In this document: one piece after another, positions 1-12,363 of the stretch
Layout: the number at the start of each line of letters is the position of its first letter
Position numbering within the stretch: the stretch's first letter is position 1
NCBI GenBank assembly: GCA_000934665.2
Contig: KZ538501.1
Coordinates: forward strand, 1-64,000
Direction of reading: 5' to 3'
DNA length: 64,000 nucleotides
Origin: Catajapyx aquilonaris
Lineage: Eukaryota
Notes under the pieces: generated by a model
What the model was told of the DNA's origin: nothing
Databases searched by the model: none
What the model saw: only the letters and a program-made list of their open reading frames with translations
Translations under genes and position numbers: made by a program

Positions 1-486
1 TGTTCGATTTGGCAACTCCGCGATAGTGACCCCTGGCGAGGCCACCAGGGGTCACCCACCGTGACCCCACGTCCAGATATGTTGAGATGTGTTCAAAAAA
101 CTACCGTACCGCGTTTCACGTTTTTATCACCGAATGCAAGCTCCCAATTCACATGATCCTCGCAGAGATGTATGTTTGGTCCGTTAGATCTGGCAGCCCT
201 GCAAGTGACCCACAGCGGGGTCAGTCATCATGGCCCCACATCCAGCCATGTTCAGAAGTGTCCAAAGACCAATTGTGGCGAATTTCATGTTTTTGTCACC
301 CAATACAAGGTCCTAAAAGGATGCTGCATCTGGTAGTTATGGAAACCCTGCGAAATGGACCACCACCGGGGTGGGTCATCGTGGCTCCACGTCCAGATAT
401 GATCAGAAGTGTCCAAAGGACAAGTGTACCGAGTTTCATACTTTTGTCACAAAATGCAAAGTTCAACCCCTTAGCACCCGGACTAA
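1..486. repeat. Degenerate tandem array of about three 150-170 bp units, probably part of a non-autonomous transposon running off the window edge
   Basis: Motif ccac(g/a)tccag(at/cc)atg recurs at about 67, 236 and 387. Each copy is followed by a similar tttca..ttttt(a/g)tcac..aat(g/a)caa block. Confidence 0.6.
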
Positions 487-3400
487 AGCAAAGACTTGAC
501 CTTGCACTTGTTTATTAGTGAATACAGATTTTCCTGGCTTGCTGGCTCATTATGAATCGTTAGAACTAAATAGACTTCACCAGGCAATAGAAAAGAAAAT
601 ATGCTACTTGGAGATGAAAATAACTGAAAACTTTCAGTGAAAATTTGACTTACTGGATTTCTCCTGTATGGCCGCAGTATGTCCCAATGTCTTATTCACA
701 CTCTGTCACCTCCTATTATCATAACTGGTTCCACCTTATTCCACGTCAGATACATGCCAAAACAACATAGCAGTCCATTTAGTCACCTAGCCATGGATAT
801 AGGTCTTAGGAATAATTCCTAAGACCTATATCCATTTTTTGGTTTTCAGCTGGTTTTACGGGCTGTTAGACAAGCGTAGTCTACTAATGGCTGATAGAAA
901 AGGAAGCACCTCATCGCCTGAGCAGTTGATTGGTCATCTCTATATCGATATCATAATTCAGGGAGTTTCAAGAGCACTGCATACAATCTCTCTATCACAA
1001 TCTGAGACATGCTGCAGTTCACAGACACTATGACTCCTCAAATCATGAGATTGGAAAATACATACTGTTGGTAGGCCAGTACAGCAGTATAGGGTGTTGC
1101 ATAATTCAACGACAAATGTCTAGAGTGAACTATATGCGGTCCAGAGTGTCACTTTATGTGTAGCCTACAGTATAGATGTCATTTGCGCTACCGATATATT
1201 GGGCTTCAAACTAAAGCAAAATATCCTGGCATATAATTATATGCGTCCCTCCACGATATATTACTCTTTTTATTTCAATAGGTGTTACCATTGAAAATAT
1301 ATATCTGATATATATCCCGTTAGGTGTAGCAGGAAGTGGCCTAGGCCATGGAAGTGTTGTAAGCTGTATTTGTCATTATATGGCATCATGCATTCTCTAT
1401 TTAAAGCTAACTAGAAAAACCCTCGACACGCTCGCATTTTTCTATGGCGCAGGCGTAGAAAACCACTCGCTTCGGATTTATAGCCAATGATGATGCTCAT
1501 CCCGCAATCATATGCATACACCCCCCACCCGTACCTCCGTGCATTCACATATCCATGATTCCGTACTCTCCGACCCATCTGCAATCCCACCTTTGCTTTG
1601 CATTGGCTGGGAAATATGCATTTTCTCACCTCAAAATGGTACCTCTACATCAAGTAATCCACTGATGCCCAGGAGTTCGCCTTAGACGTTTGTGGATCGA
1701 ATTATGAAACACCATAATTATGTCACTTCTTACTATCCTAATATTAAATATAATTTTTCCTGTGCTTGGGCTTGCCAGGGAGGGCAAGTCATTGTCCGGA
1801 CATGCCACTAGAAAAGGGATAAAATACTCCACTAGGAATCCTATACCCATAAATGCATTTAAAAAGCATGTGAATATTATTTATTCCCCATCATTTGCTT
1901 TGCTCCAGCTGGTCATGATTAGCAATATGGGGTAATTATGTTTCACCCGCCCTATACGTAGGGTACTGCAGAAGTTACTCCAGTAGTCAAGGTAAATGTC
2001 TTAAGCATTGGTAAAAAATTACGTAATTATACGAGTATTGTAAAGAGTACATTTTATGTTAATCGCTATATTTCTTTTATAGCTAATAATTTTTATAATT
2101 TATTCTCGGCTTGTTTCTGTTTTCTTTGTTGTAGGTGAGGTTACAGTGATTCAATTAAAAATCACAACACTCAACTAATCCTTTTATCACAGACTTATTG
2201 AGAACTAATTCAACTTAGCGGACTTCATGCAGGCGCCATCGCCAGTGAGATTGAATTCAAGAATTCAAGTCTTGCGTTTCTACACGTAATGCAATCTAAA
2301 CATTGTAATAGGCCTACATCATGAGAATTTCTATTATCAGACATTTTTAAAAGTCCATTCATAATAATGAATTCAGACACTGATGCTAATTTAATTCCAC
2401 ACACTTCTCCTATAATCTAATCCAGTTGCATTCGGCCTCCCATTGAATTAGGTTATCCATGGTCTCCGATCTCATTCCACCATCAGGCCACACCTATTTT
2501 GCCATTCTTTTTATGAATGACCTAACCGGAAATTTTGTGAAATAGAATCCTGTCCTCTGTCAATACACATCTAGGGTATGTTTGTCTCATAACAGTGGCG
2601 GTCAGTTAAATTTAACCAGTATACTCTCCGCAAATCACCGCATCTCCAGCAGCACGCAACTTATGATGTCAGAACTTTTTTTTTCACATGAGCCTAGTAC
2701 CTAGGTATAGTCTTGATTTGAAAACGAGAGAGAGGAAAACACGTGGACACTGACTGTGAGGCATGAAGTGGTGACGTCTATTTCGGTCCAGTGAAAGTAG
2801 TATACACACTGTAGTTCTGTGAGACCGCAGGAAATAAGGCAACAACAGTAGAGAGCACGCAAAAACGAAGGCCGTCAGTTGGATAGGTGAAGAGTGACCT
2901 TATACACAACAATGTGCACCAAAGTCAAGGAAGTTTCTTTGGGCAGAATTTAGTTACAATATATGGCATGTAACGCCAGTACTGTACATGGATTTTTTCG
3001 CTGTGACTTGCGTGCCATTTGTGACCAGGATTGTGAATGAAACAGATGAGCAAGGATCTGCACTAGATGTAAGCGAATTTTTATATTTTTCAGATATATT
3101 GAGGTAGCTGATAGCTGAGATATTAGTTCCATTATGGTAACTGCATGCCACCTTTGCCAGTATTTTGCTGTCCTGACAGTAGTGACATGATGAATCACTG
3201 TTACTCGGTACAGTACACAGTTAAATATGCTATAAAGTGGCTTCGTTAGCGTAGGCAGTATTACTTGTTGGAGTCTGTGTAACAACTGTGACCTCATTCG
3301 TCCACAATGATCACGCAGGAATAACGTCCCCTGGCATGCCATAAGAATATAATATTCCACTAACAACATCCGTTTAATAGCCTACTATTGCCCTAATAAT

Positions 3401-4848
3401 GTATGCACTTGTTATGTCAACGATGTGGAGGAAATTCACATACTTCCGCTTTAAATCACATGCGAATGTATATAATACATGATAAAAATGCGCATGGATT
3501 TATTACTCACTGATTATATTATTATAAAGAGATGTGCGACTTAGTCTTCAGAAAAGGCTTTAAGTCTTACTATCAGGTTCAAGGGCAACACGTTGTCATA
3601 TTTTCTAGCTAGATGCAGACGTGATGTACTAGACTTGAAATATTCTGGCAGACAAAATTGTTTCCGGTTGCGTGAAGTATTACGCAAAGAGAGGTGAATT
3701 TCGCGTGTCTGCACACCAGAGTAGGAGTTTCAGATGTTGTATGAGACACGAGAAAAGGGAAGCTACTTTGGTAAAAATATTTTCGTATTTTTTATGTTTT
3801 TTTAAACAGATGTGATTTTTAGAAATAGCTAAAGGTGTCTTCAATTTGTTTAGGTTATAGAAGTTCTGGTGCATGCACATCTCTAATGTAGCCTATACGT
3901 CTCTCTGGAATTGATATTAGAAGTAGGTTTAACTTTTTATATTAGTGTAAGTTTGCACCAGAGAAGAGCTCAGGGGCAAGGTTCGCTTCTTTTGTGTTGT
4001 CAAGGGTAGAAATTCGTCGACGACAATACGGGAGCAAAATAAAATGGTCCCGGGTTCGATTCCAAGCCCAGATTTCCCTGCCTCATCTCGTTCTTCCGGC
4101 TTCGTCTCTGGTGGGATCTTCTGTAGATTAACAACAGACTGGAATGCAATAAAAATCCCATTTTCTGTGCTATCACCTGCACTAGGTCTTCCTTCACCGG
4201 TACAGTAGCTGACCAACAATTACTCGTAACAATGGAAATCCATTGTTGATGCATTATTGTGTGAAGCTGATATTATTGATTAATTTTTGATTAATTGAAA
4301 TTACGATCCTTTCTGGATGGCAAGCTTTTAGAAGTTTTCTCTGCCATAACAAGTATACGTGCACGAGTAGGTGCACAAGTAATGTGTGAATCTTTGAGCT
4401 CGTCACGTCCAGCCAGAGTTATGACGAAAATAGTCTACAAAATTGACTCACACCTACTTCCATTTCGCTTGTTCCCCTCTTTATGCAATACATTTGAAGA
4501 TTAAGGGATGAAAATAATATGCATCTTAACTAGCGGAACTAATACAGCTTTCTCTATGGTTTATGACCATGGTCTATGGCCATAAATAAACTTGGACTAT
4601 TGCACCTCGAACAATGTTCACAGTTTTTGTCCAATAGTATTCGTATACTTCAGGACGTGACGATTTAACTATCCAGAATATTCACGGTGTGGTAAAGAAC
4701 ATACTAAATGTTGACCTTTACGAAGGTTTTTCATTGACGCGTTGCGTAATCAGTGGGGGATTAGATGCTAGAGCATTACATGCACAGTGCAAAGGCCGTC
4801 TAGTGGGTGTAGGAACCAGTTGGTAAAGGAGTTGCAAAATTATCGGTC

Positions 4849-7800
4849 ATGACAGCGCAATTTCAGTAAGTCTCTCACATTTATGAATAATGCATGTGGA
4901 ATGTAAATCAATTATTTTATATCTCACTAATAAATACATTTGTAAGAAAATTTGTTTATGTGCTGTACAATTAGTATGCCACGCATTTTTGTGAGTGTAT
5001 GAAAAACAGACTGAGGAATTCAGATGTTGTTTTCTGAGCGTTCAGAATTCCGCTGCAAATTACTTTGCTTACGTCCGAATTACTTATTTTGAAAATAAGT
5101 TGTCAACATGAGTCCAGCTACGTTAGTGTTTCAGATAGCAATAACAAGAATGTCAAAAAACAGCATGCCATTTTGCGTTCCAAGTCCTTCCGACTGCATA
5201 CAAAATGAGGATCGTAGCAGCCACTTTCGTAGTCTCTTCTTAGAAGCCGGGAAGGAATCATGGTGGACGATTATAGTACTAAGCCACTCTTGTACAAGTC
5301 TTCTGCACGATGCAGGAATCCTCACTGGTGGCGACGCCGCACTTCGCTGGAGCGCACCCTCTGCGTCTTCAGTTCCATGTTCATCCTGGCTCTTCTAGCG
5401 GAAACGATAGCTCTCACAGGTAAGTCCACTACCTTTACTTCCATCCATAACCTTGCATGTAACGTTACTGAATTTTGATTTTTCATTTCAGTCATAATTA
5501 TGTGCAACAAATCCTACCAAGAGAACATCATGGATATATGCTTCTCCGAAGAATGCGTCCAGTCAGGTGAGTACTGCACAAGAGTAGTGTTACATAGTGT
5601 GAATTTAATGTAATGATACTCATACATATTTTTCATTGCAGCATCAGCTATCCTGAAAAACATAGACAAGAACACTGATCCATGCGATAATTTTTACCAG
5701 TTCTCCTGCGGCGGCTTCCTCAATAGAACGCTCATTCCAGATGATAAAACGGACGTTTCCGAATTTTCCATAGTGCAAGACATAGTGGACGAACAACTTC
5801 GGATGATACTGGAAGAACCTGTGCGAAGCGATGACACTCGATACTACGTACTGGTCAAGAACTTCTACCAATCCTGCATGAACACCAGTTGAGTTAATTC
5901 CATTTTCTTGCATGTTTGCTGTGTATACAGTACAGTATTTTGTAGGCCCGATTCCAGTTTTTCCTGGACACTGTTTACTATGTCCTGTGCTGTACAATTT
6001 GCAGTAATGGTCAAGACAAAGACTTGCTTACAAATTATCCTTATGATTCAGGTTTGATGGAGGCCAGGGGGATGAAACCTCTTCAGGACATTCTTCGAGC
6101 AATGGGTGGCTTTCCCGTGCTTGAGGGAGACAATTGGAATCCTGATTCGTTTGACTGGCAACAACTTCCAACGAAAGCACGTCCGATTGGTTTGACAGGA
6201 GACGTTTTTCTGGACGTATCTATTTCCACTAATCTCAAAAACTCATCACGTCGCATAATAGAGGTACGGTACGGTACAGTACAATAGATGTGCAAAAGTA
6301 GTTGCGGATGATTCTACAACTCTCCTCAAACTGATTTGGCAATACCCTGCCTATCTTCTCAAATGAAAATGAGGAGTATGACATAGCCGTAGCTACCCAC
6401 ATTTCATAAATGTACTTAATGCTATTTTGATTTGCAGATTAGCCACTCAACACTGGGCTTGAACCACGACTATCTAATTGAAGGGCTGGAAAACGAGCAC
6501 GTGCAAGCCTACTTGGACTACATGATCCAGATTTCAACATTGTTGGGAGCCGATTCAAAACGTGCCCGGAGAGAAATGACCGATACGATATCTTTTCAAA
6601 TAGAACTGGCCAAGGTAAATGTTGAGGGTTGAGGGTAAATGCTCAAGGAATAAGGAATACGCTTGAAGAAAATGCAGAAAGGATATATAACTTATAAAAT
6701 GTAGAAATCTGAAATGACTATGACCTTTCTGACTTTTCTGCCGGGCAATTATCTCCTGAAAAGTTGCAATTCATGCGGCATTCTTGGCACTTTCCCTTAC
6801 TGAACCATTTTTTGGATTCTTTTTCATCAGATCATTCCAAAACGCGAAGAACTACGAGACAGCTTTACACTGTATCACTTACACACAGTGGCAGAATTAG
6901 AAACGCTATATCCGTCAATTTCTTGGGTCCAGTACATCAATTCAGTACTAGGCGGCATAGTAACAATAGACAGAAATGAAACTATTAATATTCAACTAGC
7001 TGGTTATGTTTCAAAGCTGGTAGCTGTTCTGGAAAAAGCAGACAAAAGGTACGGTATGTTTGATGTTGGACAACATGGCATACTGATAATTCCTCATATG
7101 CTATGTGTCACCGGAGAGGTTCATATAACTGCAAAACAAAACCTAATTGGTCACACTTATTCTTCCTTAGGACACAAGCTAATTTTGCGATGGGTATCTT
7201 CGCCTCCTCTCTTGCACACTCGACCACAGAAGCCGCCCGCGAAATCGAAAGGAACTACGAAAACCGAGAGACTGGTATAACAGCCATTCCACCCCGTTGG
7301 AAGGAATGTGCATCCTTAGTCCCATATTGGTAAGTATTGAGAGCAGGGCCGTACGCAGGGGGGGGGGGNNNNNNNNNNNNNNNNNNNNNNNNNNNNNNNN
7401 NNNNNNNNNNNNNNNNNNNNNNNNNNNNNNNNNNNNNNNNNNNNNNNNNNNNNNNNNNNNNNNNNNNNNNNNNNNNNNNNNNNNNNNNNNNNNNNNNNNN
7501 NNNNNNNNNNNNNNNNNNNNNNNNNNNNNNNNNNNNNNNNNNNNNNNNNNNNNNNNNNNNNNNNNNNNNNNNNNNNNNNNNNNNNNNNNNNNNNNNNNNN
7601 NNNNNNNNNNNNNNNNNNNNNNNNNNNNNNNNNNNNNNNNNNNNNNNNNNNNNNNNNNNNNNNNNNNNNNNNNNNNNNNNNNNNNNNNNNNNNNNNNNCC
7701 CTCCAGAACAAAAATCCTGCGTACGGCCTTGATTGAGAATGTATTAAATCTGTGAAAAGGTCCAAGAGTTCTAAAGTGACTCTTCTTGAGCAGTTTAGAC

Positions 7801-9784
7801 AAGGCAGTCGGAGGCATTTACATCCGTAAATACTTCCCGGAAAAGTCCAAGACTGAAGCCATTAAGATGGTCGAACAAATAAAACAAGCATTTGTGCACA
7901 TCTTGGACGAAATTACATGGATGGACAGCGAGACAAAGTGAGACGTGAAGGTAGAGTTCGCCATGCCCAATCGGTTTTACAACGTTTCTTTTTTTACTTA
8001 GACGGCGTGCTAAAATCAAAGCCAGATCCATGACATCACATATTGGATATGCAAACGAGCTTTTGGACGACGCAAAGTTAAATGACTACTACAAACATGT
8101 AATAGCAAAACAGTTTGGTTGGAATTGGTCAGAGAGTATGAATGATTTCTTTATTATTTCTTCAGCTTGAAATGAGCCCGGACACATATTTGGAAAATCT
8201 GAATAAGTTCACCAACTTTAGCATCAGCAGGATGATCAGTGAGCTCCGAGAGGAAATCAACAAAACGGACTGGAAGAGCCATGGAGTACCTCTTTATGTC
8301 AATGCTTACTACTCATCTTTAGAAAATAGCATAGGTCTAGTGAATGCCTTTTGAATATAGTTTGCACCATATTCATTCACTGCCTGTTACAGAAATTCCA
8401 GCGGCTATTCTTCAGGGCATGTTTTTCGGTGGGAAAAGGCCGCAATATTTAAATTTTGGAGCCATAGGAAGTATTATTGGCCACGAAATTACACACGGCT
8501 TTGATGACGAGGGTCGCCAGTACGACGCAGATGGGAATTTGGATGACTGGTGGAAAGAGGAAACTCTGAATGAATACGTAAAAAAGACCAACTGCATTGT
8601 TTGGCAATATGGAAACTACACAGTCAAGGAAGTTGGATTGAAGGTGAGTCACCGCATTTACTTCGCAAGTAGCTTCAACTGGACTTTAATATCTTCATGT
8701 CGTTATTGGTCAACTTTTATCATCTCATTTAATCTTTGATTGTAAATATGACTACATGCAACTTTCTTGATAATAGTAAACCTCAACGTTTAAATTTTCG
8801 CGGAATAATTATTGGAGTCAATCAGCATTGTAGACAAATGATATCCAAATATTTTTGATAACAATATATTGAACTACAGTATTACGCTTCAATGACGTAG
8901 TGATGGGTGGCATGCTTGCAGCCAGTGAAGAAAAAAAGTCAGTATCCTCACATCTTACAGCATGTAAACGTCTCATTGTCGCCTCTTGTAAATGCTCTTT
9001 TATGTAATTTTGGGGTGTTGTCAAAACTGAGGCGAGAGTGGGCGTGTGTGGGAAGGGATGTGTGTAACAAAAACATTGTTCATGCGGAGAGAAGCAGTGA
9101 CGTGCATCGTTGGCTCCCAGCCATAAATTGCCTCTTATTCCTAAAACACGTCACAGTCCAATGTTTCACCTAGGATAGTTATACCACGGTGAAACGTGCA
9201 TTAACCAAAACCTGTGCTTTGACATTTGACACTAAACCAATTTAGAGATAATCGAAAGCAAAGATGTGACCACGGACATGACTTTGCACTAATGCTTAAA
9301 CGCTAGTGATGACAGAAAATCCTGGCTTCCTGGCTCTTTATGAATCTATACTAATGACAGGTCAAGGTTATCCAGTATAAGACGACATAATTGACAGGAC
9401 TCCGTAAATAAATTGGTTATTATAATTTTTTTTTCCTATTCATAGATCAACGGTATCAATACCCAAGGTGAGAATATCGCCGATAATGGTGGAGCCCGCG
9501 AAGCCTACAAGGCGTACCAACAATGGGTGTCGGAGAACGGCATAGAGAAGGGTCTTCCAGGTCTGGACTACACCCCAAATCAGCTCTTTTGGCTTGGGAT
9601 GGCCAACGTGTGGTGCACCAAGGAAAGAGCCAAGAGCTTGGCATCACAAATAATCACAGGAGTGCACGCTCCGGATGAGTTTAGGCTCATCGGTGCATTG
9701 TCCAACATGGATGAATTCTCCAGCGATTTCCAATGTCCAGCGGGAAGTAATATGAATCCGATTCGCAAATGCCGTGTATGGTAG
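4849..9784 (+). CDS. M13 family zinc metallopeptidase (neprilysin-like type II membrane protein), 13 coding exons: 4849-4865, 5244-5419, 5492-5566, 5642-5887, 6052-6263, 6438-6614, 6831-7048, 7171-7329, 7794-7937, 8002-8098, 8166-8334, 8393-8643, 9446-9784
   Basis: GT-AG bounded exons join in frame. The protein has WWRRRTSLERT plus an N-terminal TM helix, DPCDNFYQFSCGG, VNAYYS, the zinc motif GHEITHGFDD, GENIADNGG, HAPDEFR and C-terminal CRVW*. The 17-nt first exon is less certain than the rest. Confidence 0.95.
7344..7731. mobile_element. hAT-type MITE spanning the assembly gap in neprilysin intron 8
   Basis: TIRs cagggccgtacgcagg / cctgcgtacggccttg. 8-bp TSD attgagag / attgagaa (7/8). The interior is Ns. 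Confidence 0.75.
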
Positions 9785-12065
9785 TCTGTATCTTACTATT
9801 ATGGTGCTACGTTGCAGTAATTCCTGTGCACTCGTTCCTACATATACCTGTACTGTACACGCAATTTTGGGGTTTGGAGTTAACAATACAGGTGTTTATT
9901 GCCAGAAAAATTAAATCCAAATTAAAATTAACGCGTTTATTTTTCATGAGCAAATAAGGTACACTTTGTTATTAAGATATTTCACGATGGAAATTATTCC
10001 ACACGTAAATATGACGTGATAATTTAATGTCACTATACCTTGCATATGGACTGGTACCGGTTGGCGGATGGTGGACTTTGGTCACAACTCTGCCAGGTTT
10101 GTTTGTAAATATAGATATGCTGGTACTGATGTAATAGATTTTAAATAAATGATGTTTTACTGCTGGAAAACGTAACATATTTTAATAACATCAAACTGCT
10201 CAATTAACTAGAAAATGAAATGAAGGTTAATTAAACTTGATGATGCTTATGCAAATTATTATTATTATACCCTCTTCTTTCAGGCAATAAAATAATATTT
10301 GCAAGGATGCAAAAAAAATATCTCCATTTGTGACACTTTATCGAAATAAACGTGTAAATAGAATGGCAAGACTCGCTTTCGCTTTTCTTCATATAGACCA
10401 ACTCTGTTATTAAGTCAATGGCACACAGGGGAGGGGGGGGGGGGAGGGTGGGAATACGTTATATAATCTACTAAGGAGACAAGATGAGTATCAGGACACA
10501 TCATGTCGGGAATGAGTGACCATAATATATTAGTCAGGCGACATATCAGGGGCAATTTGTGGGTTAGAAACAGCGGCAATGGTGACACTAACTTGACCTG
10601 ATGACTCTCCTGAAGAGTATAGTGTGTATGGTAGGGTTATCACGCCCCCATTCTTGTGCCGAGACCACTATAGTTCAAGTATAGTTACTGATTTCTCTTG
10701 GCTTCATTCTGATGCAGGCGGCATCGGCACTGGACTACTATATATAATTATGTAGAGACGAGTATACTCACGCCTCTCTTGCTTGTGTATCTTCTTCTTC
10801 TTCTTCACAGTGACCAGTTTCATCAAATGTATGGGCAAACAATGCTGCGACTCGGCGGATATTAATCTCGCCAGTTGCCTGACACGTGCCGGACCTAACT
10901 GCGTGCTGAAGGTGGTGGTGTAGGAGTCCACCACGACGACGATCATCGGACGGACTGCCCTATAGTGCCCAAGACCAATCGACCCACTTGCTGACGATGA
11001 CTGTTACGGCACACCCTCCACCACCACCACCACCACCGCCATTCATCCGATGATCCTCCAGTGGATGGTCTCCGCCATCCAGCAGCAGCAGATATGAAAT
11101 AATAATAAAAGTCTATTGCTTGCAACCGAATGAACCTCTCATGTTTTATTACTTAGCCCGCAAAAATAAAAGAAAATGGGACATTTAGGGTGACACACAC
11201 TGCTCCTCGCCCATATTATATTCTGAGCTGGATGTGAAGCGATATGCTTCCGGTACATCAGGTACTGGGGAAGCCGCAACGACTTTGCATTTGTGGTGGG
11301 GGACTCATGCATAAGCCAGACCTACCACGAGTTCTTGCGCCAGGTGCATCCAGAGTTGGTCCCGGCCGGACCCAACCAGGCGCCGCGCCGTAGGACACAA
11401 CACTCAAACCTCTCCTTCAACAACTCCCGGCTCCGTCTATTGGTTGGCAACCCATGGTCAACGACTCCATGCTGGCAGTCTTCGAGCAGTGGCTCTCCAA
11501 GCCTCCAACGCTGGTCTCCTCCCAGCCGCTGTTGACCACTGCAAAGGTCATCGTCGTTGTGGGGGCTGCCACCTGGGCCATCATCAAGGAGCTCAACGCC
11601 TCTGCAATACAGTACGCCACTAACCTGACTCGCATTGCTAAAGTAAGGCGACTGGCCAAATGCGTAAGGAAAATGGGGATTACATCCGGCATGTCATTTC
11701 AGGTATTGGACCACCTTGTGTCGGCCAAATCTCGTGTCGTTTGGATGCTGCAGGAGCCGGTCGCTGCACATCGCTGATCAAATCGCCCACATGTAAACGC
11801 TGCCTAATAATTATATATCTTTGGGGGCGAAACAATTAAGGGTCTATTACCATTCTTGTCACAAACATTCCTCCACACCATGCAGCATTGCGTCAGACTT
11901 GATTGCCTTCCTTTCTTCTTCCTCTTCAGTCATCCTCCAAGCATGTTGAGGGTTCCGGTTTTACCTGCACCTTCCACATCTCCTGCTCAGCCTCCAGTCC
12001 ACCCCACTATCTTCCTCCTTAACTTCCGTCTTGATTGTTAAGGCCAAAGACATTGTCCTACAGTA

Positions 12066-12363
12066 TATAACAATTTGTACCCCGTGCTAGAGCCATGGGC
12101 CCTCTTAGGGGGGTGGTATACCACCATTTTATTTTATCTGGAACTCTTACTTTCGTTTTTTACTTCTCTTATATGGGGATGGGATAGGGACGGAAGGAAG
12201 CGGCTGTGGCCTATAATTACGGACGCGGCCCCGGAATTTTCCTGGTGAGACCATGGGAAACCACAGAAAACCACGGTCAGGGTCGGCGGCCACCGGGATT
12301 CGAACCCAGGACCTCCCGATTAGCAGTCGGATACCATATCCCATCCGCTACTACTGCTTCGGT
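12066..12363 (-). mobile_element. tRNA-derived SINE, family A copy 1
   Basis: tRNA-like head with a B box (GGTTCGAATCC on the - strand). Body shared with the copies at 38724, 54858, 62417 and 63142. 15-bp TSD cattgtcctacagta at 12051-12065 and 12364-12378. Confidence 0.9.

Noticed and set aside
1..486. CRISPR-like repeat-spacer array
   Set aside because: The units are long and degenerate along their whole length, the context is eukaryotic, and there are no cas genes.
7179..7817. Long ORFs over the N gap
   Set aside because: These are artefacts of translating Ns.
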